From NCBI RefSeq assembly GCF_001194135.2, contig NC_068988.1:38869278-38933277 (forward strand): a stretch of 64,000 bases of DNA, given 5' to 3'. A program made the position numbers and the translations under genes. This DNA is from Octopus bimaculoides. Its lineage: Eukaryota. Of the stretch, positions 1 through 12,692 are shown in pieces. The notes beneath the pieces are model-generated. The model saw nothing but the letters and a program-made list of their open reading frames with translations. It did not search any database and was not told where the DNA came from. Positions within the stretch are counted from its first letter, which is position 1, and every line of letters starts with the position of its first letter.

Positions 1-12
1 TATATATATATA

Positions 13-269
13 NNNNNNNNNNNNNNNNNNNNNNNNNNNNNNNNNNNNNNNNNNNNNNNNNNNNNNNNNNNNNNNNNNNNNNNNNNNNNNNNNNNNNNNN
101 NNNNNNNNNNNNNNNNNNNNNNNNNNNNNNNNNNNNNNNNNNNNNNNNNNNNNNNNNNNNNNNNNNNNNNNNNNNNNNNNNNNNNNNNNNNNNNNNNNNN
201 NNNNNNNNNNNNNNNNNNNNNNNNNNNNNNNNNNNNNNNNNNNNNNNNNNNNNNNNNNNNNNNNNNNNN
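13..269. other. Assembly gap (others: 13425-13880, 34821-35181, 38356-38929, 43785-43794, 44604-44613, 45876-46324, 47568-47914)
   Basis: Runs of N, mostly flanked by microsatellites or young repeats. Confidence 0.99.
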
Positions 270-819
270 ATATATATATATATACACACACACACATACA
301 TATACACACATACATACACACACACATATACCACACTACACCACACCACTTTTCAGTGGCATGGAGAAAAAGGGTAACACCCATATCTTTCCCTAGTATT
401 CTGAGACTGGAGATGATGAAAGAACTGTACTGCATGCAGTAAGAATAACTCTAAAAAGACTTAATTATTCTCTGAATGAAAACCTGATCAGAATTCATGC
501 AACAGACCCTTCTGTTAATGACACTAAATGGCCAGATGGTTTGACTGAATCATAATCTTTAATTGAACATACTGTTGATACACATATCATTTTCTGTTTT
601 GTCTGTATTTCTTATGAATGTAATGAAGATGGTTAAATTCAAAACTGATCTAACACAAAAACAGAATTCTTGATAAAGTTGATACCGATTCATTTTTGCC
701 TTTATTGTTCTGCAAATGTTGACACCTAAAACTAACTCTTTTATTGTATCATTTACACACACTCACATGAATATGTATATATATATATATACGTATATAT
801 GAATATACATGTATGTAAA

Positions 820-1065
820 TTGGTTGGCATTTGGAAGGGCATCCAGCTGTAAAAGCCATGCCAAAACTGATCTTGCCTGTGCTGATGTCATGTAAAAAGT
901 GTTTGTTCCACTCTGTGGAGTGGTTGATGTTAAGAAAGACATCCAGCTGTAAAAACCATAGACACAGCAACCTGGTGTAGTCTCCTATCTGGCCAACTCC
1001 TGTCAAACCATCCAACCCATGCCAGCATGAAAGACAGATGTCAAATGATAATGATGATGATAATC
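820..1065 (+). mobile_element. RTE-LINE 3'UTR-derived repeat with (GAT)n tail
   Basis: Motifs ggaagggcatccagctgta and ccatccaacccatgccagcat, plus a GAT tail, match the 3' end of the RTE copy at 56868-57658. Confidence 0.8.
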
Positions 1066-1200
1066 ATCATCATCATTGTTTTAATGTCCATTTTTCCATG
1101 CATGCATGCATGGCCCAGATGGAGTTTATTGAGGCTGATTTTCTACAGCCAGATGATTATCTTGTTGCCAACCCTCACCTGTTTCCAAGCAAGGTAAATA
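1066..1200 (-). mobile_element. Related RTE-tail repeat, tail-to-tail with previous copy
   Basis: (CAT)n followed by gttttaatgtccatttttccatgc, the reverse complement of the same 3' end. Confidence 0.6.
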
Positions 1201-1324
1201 TTTCTCCATGAGTAGGCCCAATCTTCGTTGTGGAAGACACTTGACCAAAGTGTGTCACAGTGAGATGAATCCAAAACCATGTTGTCTGGAAGCAAACTTC
1301 TTACCACATAGACACGCCTGTACC

Positions 1325-1354
<30 letters not shown>

Positions 1355-1355
<1 letters not shown>

Positions 1356-1773
1356 TCTTTTATTCTTTTACTTGTTTCAGTTATTTGACTGCAGCAATGC
1401 TGGAGCACTGCCTTGAAGGATTTTAGTCAAACAAATCAACTCCATGACTTGTTTTTAAGCGTAGTACTTATTCTATCAATCTCTTTTGCCAAACCGCTAA
1501 GTTAAGGCAATGTAAACACACCAACGTCAATTGTCAAGCATTGATGGGGGGACAAACACAGACACAATGACACGCACACACACACACACACACACACATA
1601 CACACACATGTATATTCGATGGGTTTCTTTCAGTTTCCATCTACCAAATCCACTCATAAGTCTTTTATCAGCCTGAAGCTATAGTAGAAGACACTTGCCC
1701 AAGGTGCCATACAGTGGGACAGAACCCAGAACGGTGTGGTTGGGAAGCAAGCTCCTTACCACACAGTCACGCC
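1355..1773 (-). mobile_element. tRNA-derived SINE, family A (CORE-like ggcaccttgggcaagtgtcttctactatagc)
   Basis: Reverse complement of the full-length copy at 27295-27692; tail gactgaaacaagtaaaaga. A partial head lies at ~1225-1325. Confidence 0.85.
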
Positions 1774-2289
1774 TATATATATATAATATGAAAGCTTCAT
1801 TCTAAAACAATGCTATGTCCTGTAAATTTCCTTTTGTCTGTGTGGGTGGGTGTGCCAACATGTTTACAAATGTATTATTAAAATGCACCTACACACAAGC
1901 ATAAACATATAAGCGTTCATTGTACCATAAATTTAATATGAAGAGTCTATTTGTAGTAGCGAGAGCAGATCAATAAAGTCTATTTCTCTGTTTGGCAGCC
2001 ATTACCAAAATTCAATTGTATGTTTTACTTTGCGTTTGTTTTCTGTTTTATAGGATTTTAAAGCTGATTTCAAAATTTTGAAATATTAACAAATATATAT
2101 TAGTTATGAAACTTACTTGCTTCTTAACTACATAGGCCTCAGTCTGATACCAGTGCATGGCACTTTGAGCTAGCATTTACCAATGGCTTCAGAGTCAACC
2201 AATGCCTAGTGAGTATAATTTGGTAGTCAGAACATATTTGGAGGCTCGTTATGTATGCATGTACATCTTTTGTGTGTGTGTGTTCTTTC

Positions 2290-2630
2290 ACTCATTAAAC
2301 TGGTCATACTGGAGCACTGCCTTCAGGGGTTTAGTCAAATGATTCAACCCCAGCTTAGTGCTTACTCTATCGGCCTCTTATGCTGAAACACTAAGCTACA
2401 GGGATGTAAATAAACCGATACTGGTTCTCAAGTGGTGGTGGAATAAATGCAGAGACATGCATTTATACACACGCACACACTGACATATATACACAGCAAG
2501 CTTTCAGTATCCATATACCAAATCCACTCAAGGCTTTGGAAATCCTGGGGCTTTAGTAGATAACACTTGCCCATGGTGCCAAAACATGGGACTGAACTTG
2601 GAACTTTGTAGTCAGGAAGCAAACTTGTGA
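2290..2630 (-). mobile_element. SINE family A, degraded
   Basis: ctggagcactgcc, taacacttgcccatggtgcc and actgaacttggaac motifs shared with the other copies. Confidence 0.75.
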
Positions 2631-3394
2631 GAAAAGCAAAAATGCTGGTACTTTCTAATAAAAATATCCTGTGTATTATTTGTTTCTCCCAAGTTAGACA
2701 TTTCTTTGCCTCTCTCACCATGAGGAATTCAGTGAACTGGTGATTGACCTATTGGAAACATGTAATCAATTACATGATTCTCCATCAAATGTGATATAGA
2801 ATTTAAATATATATAAATAACTAACTATACTGTATTACAGGCTGCTTTTAATCATTTTATTATTAACTCTATGAAAAGCAAAATAGCCTAGAATTTAATC
2901 AGTTTTGAACAAAGGGCTTCTCGCAAAAGCTAGAACATATATATATTTATTTATTTCCTTTCTTCTCTTTCCCTTACAATTTTTATAACATTTAATTATC
3001 TTAAAAGCATAGTTTTGAGTTGTAGGCACTATAAACGTATATGGAAGCTGAGGACTTCAAAGAATTAATGGTTGCTTTTGATATCCATCATCATCATCAT
3101 CATCATCATCGTTTTCATTATCATCATATTCAGTATCTGGTAAAGTCAATAATATGTTGGATTACCAGCCAAAATGATGTCCACGGATCACATCCTATCA
3201 TAGTTGATGCAGTAGTTGGTCTCCAGCCAACGACACTTGACCGTCAAAGAGATGGGGTTATGTATACAGCTCACTGCTGTAAGTAGAAGTTACAGTGACA
3301 ATGTGATAATGAAGCACTTGTGAATTATGTAGTGCTCTCTGATTCACAAGCTTTTCATTTATCACTTCTAACAGTAAGCTGACAAAGGGGCTCT

Positions 3395-3560
3395 TTGACA
3401 TGGTCACTCAGCCTGCTAGAAATAACAACCAAATCTCCCTTTAAGTACACCTTACTGTCTTAAAAAGGGGAAATATGAATCTGAATAAAGGAAGATGTGA
3501 TGGTCATAGTTGGAATGCCTTTGATCATAGGCTTGCTTGATCAGGGTTGACTGGGACTTT
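3395..3560 (+). mobile_element. Interspersed repeat family E (retroposon 3' end; other copies ~6420, 17260, 29350, 40860, 42850, 59105, 62380, 63150)
   Basis: Recurrent ctgctagaaataacagccaaatctccc...ggaatgcctttgatcatag...gctgacctgg sequence, often ending in (CAA)n. Confidence 0.65.
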
Positions 3561-4390
3561 CTCTAAGCTAATGAACTGTGCACCACCTTTACTCAGTTCC
3601 GTAATTTATTTACTTAATACCCTCTCATACTTATCATAGCTTGAACTAAACATATTTATCCATTACTTTCTCCTTTGGACTGTATCATCTGAAATTCTAT
3701 CCCTGAGTTGTACCAGTAATGCAATCACTCTGCATTGTAACAAGTATAACAGTTATTGAAAATGCAATTGGCATTAGGTTGATTTTTGTGTCCTGACATC
3801 GGGAGCCCGTACATATGTTGCTTGACCTGTTACAATAGCAACAACCAGATCCCTTCATATCATACTCTGTCTTATGCAGGAAAGTATGCATTTGGGATTT
3901 TTTTTTTTGTGCTTAGGAGGAAAAGCAGTGCTCATAACCCTTCTCAGGACCTCACTGCTAAAACTGATGGAAGGTATTGTCAAACCAGAGGACTTGGTTT
4001 GAATGCTTGCAGCAGATTGGATTACATTAAACACATTCAAGGGCCAGGCAATCTGTAGACCATGTCACAAATGAAACCTCTCTCCTAATTAGACCACAGC
4101 AGGATTTGAACTTAGAACATAAAATGCTGGAACAAACACCAAATGACATCCTGTATAACATGCTTAATACTTCCATCTGTCCATTGACCTCAACTACTGC
4201 TTTAATCAAACTCAGAATGATGGAAAACCAAGTTGAATAAATACCAAAGGCATTTTGTCTGCTATTCTAACAGTCCTATTCATTCACTGTCTAGTATACA
4301 CTCCTAAAATAGTGATTTCCAATCTTTCCCCTGTTGTCTTTTCCCTTGGCATAATGTATTTTGCCATTTATCCTTTGGTTTTCATTGTAA

Positions 4391-4510
4391 AAATATTGAG
4401 TAAATAGCGGCAAATATTGACTAAATATGGCAAATATTGACAAAATATGGCAAATATTGACTAAATACGGCAAATATTGACTAAATAATGACAAATATTG
4501 ACTAAATAAC
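4391..4510. repeat. 20-bp tandem repeat (GGCAAATATTGACTAAATAT), about 6 copies
   Basis: Directly visible periodic units. Confidence 0.9.
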
Positions 4511-4669
4511 TATCATTTGTCAAGCTTTCATTACACATCTTCTGCTCTTATATGCGTATAATCCTTCTTGTTATACTCCTTCTGACATCTATGTAAACCC
4601 TCTCATAATACTTCCTCTGTTTCTTATGATGCCTCTCATATAACTTTTGACCCTCTCAGCAAAAAAAAA

Positions 4670-4700
<31 letters not shown>

Positions 4701-4998
4701 ATGTGTAACATTGTATTGTTTTATAAATATTATGATCAGGTATATTTACCCTGTGCCATGTTAATATAACCCTGATGGTGTAAGTTTACCCCTGGCTAAA
4801 AAATCACTGACCTGAAAGACCAGATAGTTACTTCTGGAAAGTCTTTCAACATTGGTTAACTTGATGTGGGATCTAAATGGTGGAAACAGCCCACCTCACT
4901 AGTTCAGGAGGACCTGTAACTGGAAATGGACACTGCAGTTCTTCTTTCAGACTGTTTTAAAACAGCTACTACAACTATCACCATTGCTAATGATGATG

Positions 4999-5037
<39 letters not shown>

Positions 5038-5719
5038 TATTTCCACTCAATATATTTATTAATATTTTAGTGTATAAATAACATCAATACAAACAGATCT
5101 TCCTATCCTCCTCTATTGATAATTTTTCTTTCTGTTTGGATGCTTTTAAAAAATGGAGTCGTCGTCATCATCATTGGTGGAAATTTTTTTACATTTTATT
5201 TGTTTTTTTTTTTGCACAGTGCCATGAGTTGCATAGGGATACAAAACAATCTCCTTGCATGTGTGTCTTTTGTAGTTTACTTACATCGAATATGACAAAG
5301 TATTTGGGGATGCTGTATAGACCCCCAACCCTACACCCACCCCATTCATTCTTGTTTTCTTTTGTATTTTTCTAGCGGTGTCACATGATCACCTCCGCCA
5401 TCACCCATCAGTATATTTATATATTATTATTTTTTCTTTTTTTTTTTTGTCAAATTCCAATCCCATCTCCTCCCCCTCCTCTTCACTCTGGTGTATCAAT
5501 AACATCGACGCTGGCAAATTTTCATATCCTGTATTGATTTGATTGATGTCTTTTTGATATTTGAAAAACTAAACAAATCAATAATAAAAAAAATAGTCAT
5601 GATGATGATAATAATAACAACAACCAAAAATAGAAACAAAGGTAACAAAAACATTGCAGAACAGGACTGAAAATACTGTCTCGTTAATCTTTATGGACAG
5701 ATATGTCTATATTTCTGAC

Positions 5720-7450
5720 AAGGTTAGTGTGTCGGTGGTGATGATGGTGGTGGTGGAGTTGTGCAGTGTTGGTGGGGGTAGGAGGTAACTGGAGAGTACG
5801 CAGCACAAGTATTAGATGTGGTGAGTGGGTAAGTTGGGGATAATGATGGTGATGTCAATGATGATTGATATTGATGCCTTGGTGATGGCACTGATGGTGT
5901 TGGTAATGATGATGATAATGAGGATATGTTGTTGTTGGTGGTGGTGGTGATGGTGATGCTTGCAGGGATGTTGTTGATAATGGTGTTAGGTGATGCTGAT
6001 GAGTTTTGGGAGTGATGGTTCTAAAGATGAAGATATGTTGGTATTGATGGTGACAACAATGTTGGTGATGACGACGATGATGTCGGGATAGTGACTGTGA
6101 TGGTATTTGATGGTAGCACTGACTGTTGGTGTTGTTGTTAGTGGTGGTGGTGGTGGTGGTAGTGGCAGTGACTGCATTATAAAACCAACAAACAGCAGTT
6201 ATAGACAAAATTGTTTGTTGCCATCAGCCTGGAGAGTATAATGTAGGCAAGGAGGATATTGTTGGAGACAGTAAACAAAAACTAGTAAAGACTCTGGAAA
6301 TGGCAACAATGATGTCGACGATGAAGGTGACAACATTGACTTGTGATTATTATTGTTTAGTTCCAGGTCAGCATTGGTAGAGCTGAGTCGGTCAAGCTGT
6401 GACTGTGTCACTTTCTGGGTTGCTGTCTAGAACTACATTACCTGTGTCCTGCTTTCCTTCTTGTAAGATGGGTGTGTGTATGTGTGATACAATTTAAGAT
6501 TTTGCTGTTATTTCTAGCAGGTTGAGTAACCATGTAATGGTGATGGTGTTTTAGTAGTATTAGTGATGATGGTAGTTGTAGTGGTGGTGGTGGTGGTTAC
6601 TGAGCAAGGAGAAAGAATGGCTGAGATGATTGTAGATGACAGTACCTGTTCATGTCTGCTAGGTTGATGTTGAGGTGTGTGTAGGGGGGTTATCTATGAA
6701 GTGGAACTACTTGAAAATGGTGACTGGCTGAGGGTATTTTATTTGGTCAGTAGCTCAGACAAAATCCTGAAAACAAAACAAAAAGAAACAATGCTGCTGC
6801 TGATGATCTGTTCATAGATTACTGTTGTCTTTTAAACATCAGAGAGAGAACCTTGAAGACGGTTCAACAGCCTCTGCATAATGGCAGCAGCAGTGGTGAT
6901 AACAATGAAAGTAGAGAGTGATAGTGAGAGGAAGATCCATTTGTGGTGGTGGTGGTGGTTTAATTGTAAATGTATGTATGTATGTATGTAGAGCAATGGT
7001 ATGATGTAATGTATTATGATGAAGAATTATTAATAGCAGTTTACATATGAATGAATGAGTGCAGTGTGTGTGTGTGTGTGTGGGGGGGGGAGTCGTAGAA
7101 AGAAATGTAGTGAGACAAACACTTAATGGGAAGAGATGTAGTGACGCTGATGGCGAAGGTGGGGGGTGGGGGCAGGCACAGAGCAAGTGCAAAATAGTGG
7201 TAGATGTAGTAGTTATGGTATAGCAAAGGAAGAGAAGTGTAGTGAGTACATATAACATGATTTTTGTCGATGATGGTGATGGTGAGAGTGGCAGAAGAGT
7301 TTCTATGTAGGTTGATGGTGGTGGCAGCGCTGGTGGTAGTGGCAGTAGAAAGTGACAGTATGTCGTAAGATGCTGATATAGTATATAGCAAGGGGTACAA
7401 ATTGAGAATTGCTGTTGTGAAGCATCCATCAAGCATTGCTGGTATTCATT
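5720..7450. repeat. Long degenerate (GGT/GAT/GTT)n low-complexity block
   Basis: Cryptic trinucleotide repeats giving spurious Pro/His/Thr ORFs on the minus strand. Confidence 0.85.
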
Positions 7451-8726
7451 CATTTGGATAACTGCATGAAATCTGGGTTAGTATGGATTTAATTACATAG
7501 TTACCGACATGCATGACAAAGTACAAACATTTTACCACATGCATGCGTTTTAATACATTAATATCTCTACATGTAAATCAATTCACACATATAAACACAA
7601 TGGACTCTGTCACACCAGTTTTGAGCTGTGAGTATTCTAGTTGTCCAATGAATGCAACTACTTACTCATCAAATTACATAGTGTAGCCTCCCCTCCCCCA
7701 CACGCACAGCTATGTTGGGTGACAAGGCTGGTCCTTTGAAGCATATTTAATTCAGTAGGTTTCCACACATTGTCTACCAACCCAATTTCTAGCACATCAT
7801 TTGTCTTGACATGTGGCTATTGAGAAAAAATTTGCCCATTGTGTCATTCAGTAGGATCAACCCAGAGACCTTGTGATTACAGAGTCATCTCCATCACGCT
7901 GAGTATGTGTTTTCGATAATGTTTACAACAATAGTGCTGCTTCTGATTCTTATTCGAATTTATTCCTACGTATGCATGGTCAGAGCATACCAGCAATTGA
8001 TTTTTACACTATTTTGCATAAAGTCATGGACTGGTGATTCAGTTCACTTCCTGTTTGGTTCAGGTACGTGATGTTGCCGAGCGAAACATCTATGTCCATC
8101 TCTCTTGAATGGGATTTGAGGTGAATTATCTCACCTGTCTATAACATGATAAGACTTCCCCTGTTTCATTATCAATGGTCTGCTAGTGGGCGACCCCCTT
8201 AATTATCAGCTAATATCTTGTCTGTAACAATGTATATTGTCTTGAAAATTCAGTAACTTCTAAACTGGAGTGAAACAGTATCTTCTTTTTCTATCTCCTT
8301 AACTTCTTGGAGATTTTAGGTATAATTATACTAATGTGTTCATCTGTTCTAATTTAATTAAATGCTATGTCCTTGTGTAGCTGAGGATTGCTCTGCATTT
8401 TAAATTGCTGTAATGAATGCATTGTTCAATTAAATGGGGTTGCATGAAACGATTGTACTGCATTACCTCTGGATATCCTTGTTGCTTATTTTGATATATA
8501 TATATATATATATATATATTATTTTGTGCTGGTTTAAGTTACTTCATTAATTTGCTAGCTAACCTCAGAAAGATGTAAAGACAGTTTTAACCTAAACAGT
8601 ATTACAACTTAGCTACAAGCACTTGGTCTTGATAGTTAATTAACATCTACCTTTGATGAGTGCACAAATACAAAAATCAGCAAAATCAGTAGCTGTTGCT
8701 CATTTTTCATAAATATTTCTAAGCTA

Positions 8727-8773
<47 letters not shown>

Positions 8774-8792
8774 ACTCACTGGTAGAACACAC

Positions 8793-8845
8793 AAAATACT
8801 CCTGATGAGCTGGTAATGTCCAGGCAAAACTTGTCTCATTATTTT
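8793..8845 (+). ncRNA. Decayed hammerhead-ribozyme-like motif
   Basis: CTGATGA-G-CTGG-taatgt-CCAG-G-C-AAAAC-tt-GTC. CAAAAC could be CpG-decayed CGAAAC; stem I pairs poorly. Confidence 0.3.
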
Positions 8846-11206
8846 TTGCTCTGTTCTGCAGAAAGACCTCTATGGTTTTAACCACAACATCTACTTCACA
8901 GCAGGATTGGATGCATGCTTTTGAAACTACCATATATTAATTTATATATAATATAAGATAAAGTAATGGTTGGGCGGTCATGTTATAGCGAGAATGTGAT
9001 AGCAGCTGTAAAGACTGTGTAAATGTAGGCTGATGGTGATGTTGAAAGGCTGTTTACTGCACTGAGGAATTTCATGACCAAGTTTATATCTAAACTTAGT
9101 TGCTTCAACAATCACAGGTTCTTGCTGTTCTCTATTAAGTATTGGTTCAATCACTTCAGGTATTGGGACTGATTATTTGATTGTACTAGTTTCAGTTGTA
9201 AGACAGGCTATGCTGGGCCTTTGACCAAACACTTATAATTTATTGACTGGGGGCTTATTTTATAGACTTGGAAGACAAAGTGGCAGTGGGTTCTTATCAA
9301 CCTCAATATCAGAGCATTCAGTTGTTTGTCTTGTCCAACCAAATCCCTACTTGAGATATTAATGTGTAAATGACTATTTTGTCTTCCTTCCCACACAGAC
9401 ATGTGTCAGTAACACAATTCTCTGGCTCAATCAGCTTGAACCTTGAATTACAGTTACAATACTGAACACACACTGAGTGAGAAAAACAGAAAGAGAGAGG
9501 CAGAGGAGGGAGAGAGAAAGAGGTGTTGATCCTAGTATTAGACTGACATTGTTTATTGACTTCATCTTGATCCCAAAAGGATGAGAGGCAGAATTGGTCT
9601 TGGCAGGATTTGAATCCAAGGCATAGACAGCTGGAATGAATACAACAGACCAATCTATCTGGCTCACTAATGAGTCTGCCAATTTTCTGCTATAAATAAT
9701 CAAATAAATCGGACTGGGATTTGAACTCTCATCATAAATGAACTTAGCTAATTACATCATATCAGTAGCTTGTCCACTGCTCAGTTGATTCTGGCATTCA
9801 CCCAGTATTGCATTTTATAAAGATTACTATTTAACATTATGCTTACTTAGTTTTTGTTAATGTTTATCTAACATCACTTTCCTCCATGAAATTTCTTCCC
9901 CTGGGGTGGGGGAAGAAAATACCAAAGTGCTGGACAATTCAAATCAGTCAGATGTTTTATTTATTGTATTTAGTTGAATGGCTTTGTGTTTACAGTTTCA
10001 AATCTCTCTAGAGGTTGGTAGGTGCAACCGACAATATTAGTATTTTATATGTATGTATGTACACACATATGTATACACACGCACACTCACACACATACTG
10101 GTGGTAGTTTCAGTTGGTAAAATCAATAATAGTAGATATAGTGGCTGAATGGTCAAGGGATTGAACTCATTCATTCATAGGTCACACCAAATTCACTGCT
10201 AGTATTTTATGGGCATGACCTTGTTGTTAAGAAGTTTACTTCACAGTTCTCATAATTCTGGGTTCGAACCAACAGCATTGCACCTTGAGCAAGTGTTTTC
10301 GACTATGGCTTCAGATTAAGTTATACCTTGTGAGTGGAATTTGGTTGAGAGAAACTGTGCAGAAGCCCATTATATGTGGTTCAAAACCATATGCAATGCT
10401 TACGACACAGCAAGGCCTTTTTCATGAGTACTGAGGAACACATGATGAAAGCTGGATGCCTTTTACCTTATCCAAAGCAGGCAATGTATCTTTTCTGTCT
10501 TTCATTGAAGCATTGCTGTAAAACTATTCTCTGTAAATAGGTGTCATGAGGAGGTTTAGCTCACTTGATTGCATTGCTGAAGACAGCAAGATTTCCATAT
10601 AAACGAAGAGTGTTTTATGGTATTGTGGTATTGAACTTCAAATCCTGAGATGACAGCACTGTGGGGCTGGTGCAGGAAGAAAGGGTTGCAGCACTGGGTC
10701 AAGGATGAACTTTTCTTTGTCGCTTTCTTCATTTGCATCACTGAATGAAAATGATGTCAAGGTTCAGATATAGTAGAAATGTTGACTTTTGGTAAAGGAA
10801 AGACAAATTGTACTTTATGGAATTATGGAATTAAGCATAATACCTCACATATCCAAGGATTCTGAAATTAGAACCATCATCATCATCATTGACATCATTG
10901 TCATTGTCATCATCATCATCATCGTCATCAATCTCTTGACACTACTGTCTCAATTCCTCAGACTCATATTGTCAATTACCCAGTCTACATGGTGTATTAG
11001 TGACTGGGATCACAGCATTCCCTCTGAACAGGATGCTAGTCATTTGCAGAACCTCAGTTTATGATATCCACTCTCCTCTTTTAATTCTATTTAGAAATCA
11101 ACAAGCAAGTCTCAACATAGTTGGTTAACCTATAAAAAGAAAAAAAGGCATTCCATACTCAAATCAAACCCTGCCACCTTCACTAACAAAAGGATGCATT
11201 GGATAT

Positions 11207-11597
11207 TGTTGTTGTTGTTGGCACTCTGTCGCTTACGACGTCGAGGGTTCCAGTTGATCCGATCAACGGAACAGCCTGCTCATGAAATTAACGTGCAAGT
11301 GGCTGAGCACTCCACAGACACGTGTACCCTTAAGGTAGTTCTCGGGGATATTCAGCGTGACACAGTGTGACAAGGCTGACCCTTTGAAATACAGGTACAA
11401 CAGAAACAGGAAGAAAGAGTGAGAGAAAGTTGTGGTGAAAGAGTACAGCAGGGTTGGCCACCCTCCCCTGCCGGAGCCTCGTGGAGCTTTAGGTGTTTTC
11501 GCTCAATAAACAATCACAACGCCTGGTCTGGGAATTGAAGCCGTGATCCTATGACTGCGAGTCCGCTACCCTAACCACTGGGCCATTGCACCTCCAC
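11207..11597 (-). mobile_element. Young tRNA-derived SINE (Ala-CGC-like loop) with (CAA)n tail, nested in a family E copy (11065-11705)
   Basis: Minus strand head ggaggtgcaatggcccagtggttagggtagcggactcgcagtc with A- and B-box-like motifs; CpG-rich; flanks rejoin as family E. Confidence 0.85.
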
Positions 11598-12610
11598 AAT
11601 GTAGTATTAGATATGCCTAAAAAGACAAGAGGGTCATGACTGGCTAGAATATTTTTTATCCTAGGCCAACTTGATGGGCGCTGACCTGGACCAAACAACA
11701 ACAGCGCCAACAGATTTCACTCTGTTGTTCATTCTTCCTATTTTTTTCTTTGTATCTGTTAACCATTTCTGGTCATTAGATCTATGCTGGATTATCACTG
11801 TCCAAATGACCATGGACTGATACTTGTACGTCTGATTCGGCTTGGTTTTTATGATTGGATACTCTTCCTATTGCCAACCACTTTACCGTGTGTGTCTAGT
11901 GTATGTGTGTGTGTATTTTGTGCTACCAGGATTAGGGAGATAGTCTGGTTCACCAAGCACCTGTAGAGCGGGTTCTGTTGTGACATCAGCTTGGGAGTTG
12001 TGTGACTAGTACACTAAGGCTTGTAGACTGAGGAGGGGAATGGGAGAAAAAGTGAGTGCAGCAGAAAGTTTCTGGAATGAGTGTCTGAGAGGGTGGGTAA
12101 GAATGTAAGTATAACTTAGACTCAGTAACCTGGGATGTGTACATCTGTTTAAGATGATTGAAGTGAGAAATAGGAGAGAGGGTCATGACTTAACAGAAGA
12201 ACCATGACTGATATCAGAAGTCATCATGACATTTACCACCATGACCAGCCATAATAATGAACTCACTATCAACCATTGTTGAAATAGTTTGAACATGTGC
12301 AACCACACCCATGCACACACTCACATGCACACGCACATGATTCCACACACAAAGTTAAGAAGATTGTTTCCAGATTCTGTGGCACTAGATTTGAACTCTG
12401 CCGTACACTTTGGACAATGTCTTCTTCTGTAGTCTCATGTTAGCCAATACTTTGTGAATGGAGTTTAGAAGGCAGAAACTTCTTCTGTTCCATAACATAG
12501 TGGCTAAAAAATAGAGAATGATAAAATAAGTACTGGGGATTGTATGATTAGTTAAATTATAACCCTTAAAGACGGTACTCAGTTCAGCTACTAAGATCCA
12601 GTAAAAGAGT

Positions 12611-12657
12611 ATGTATGTATTTATGTGTGTGTGTGTATGTGTATATATATATATATA

Positions 12658-12692
<35 letters not shown>

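Noticed and set aside
5855-7453. Pro/His/Thr-rich ORFs up to 204 aa
   Set aside because: Translations of trinucleotide low-complexity DNA in several overlapping frames; no domain or codon structure.
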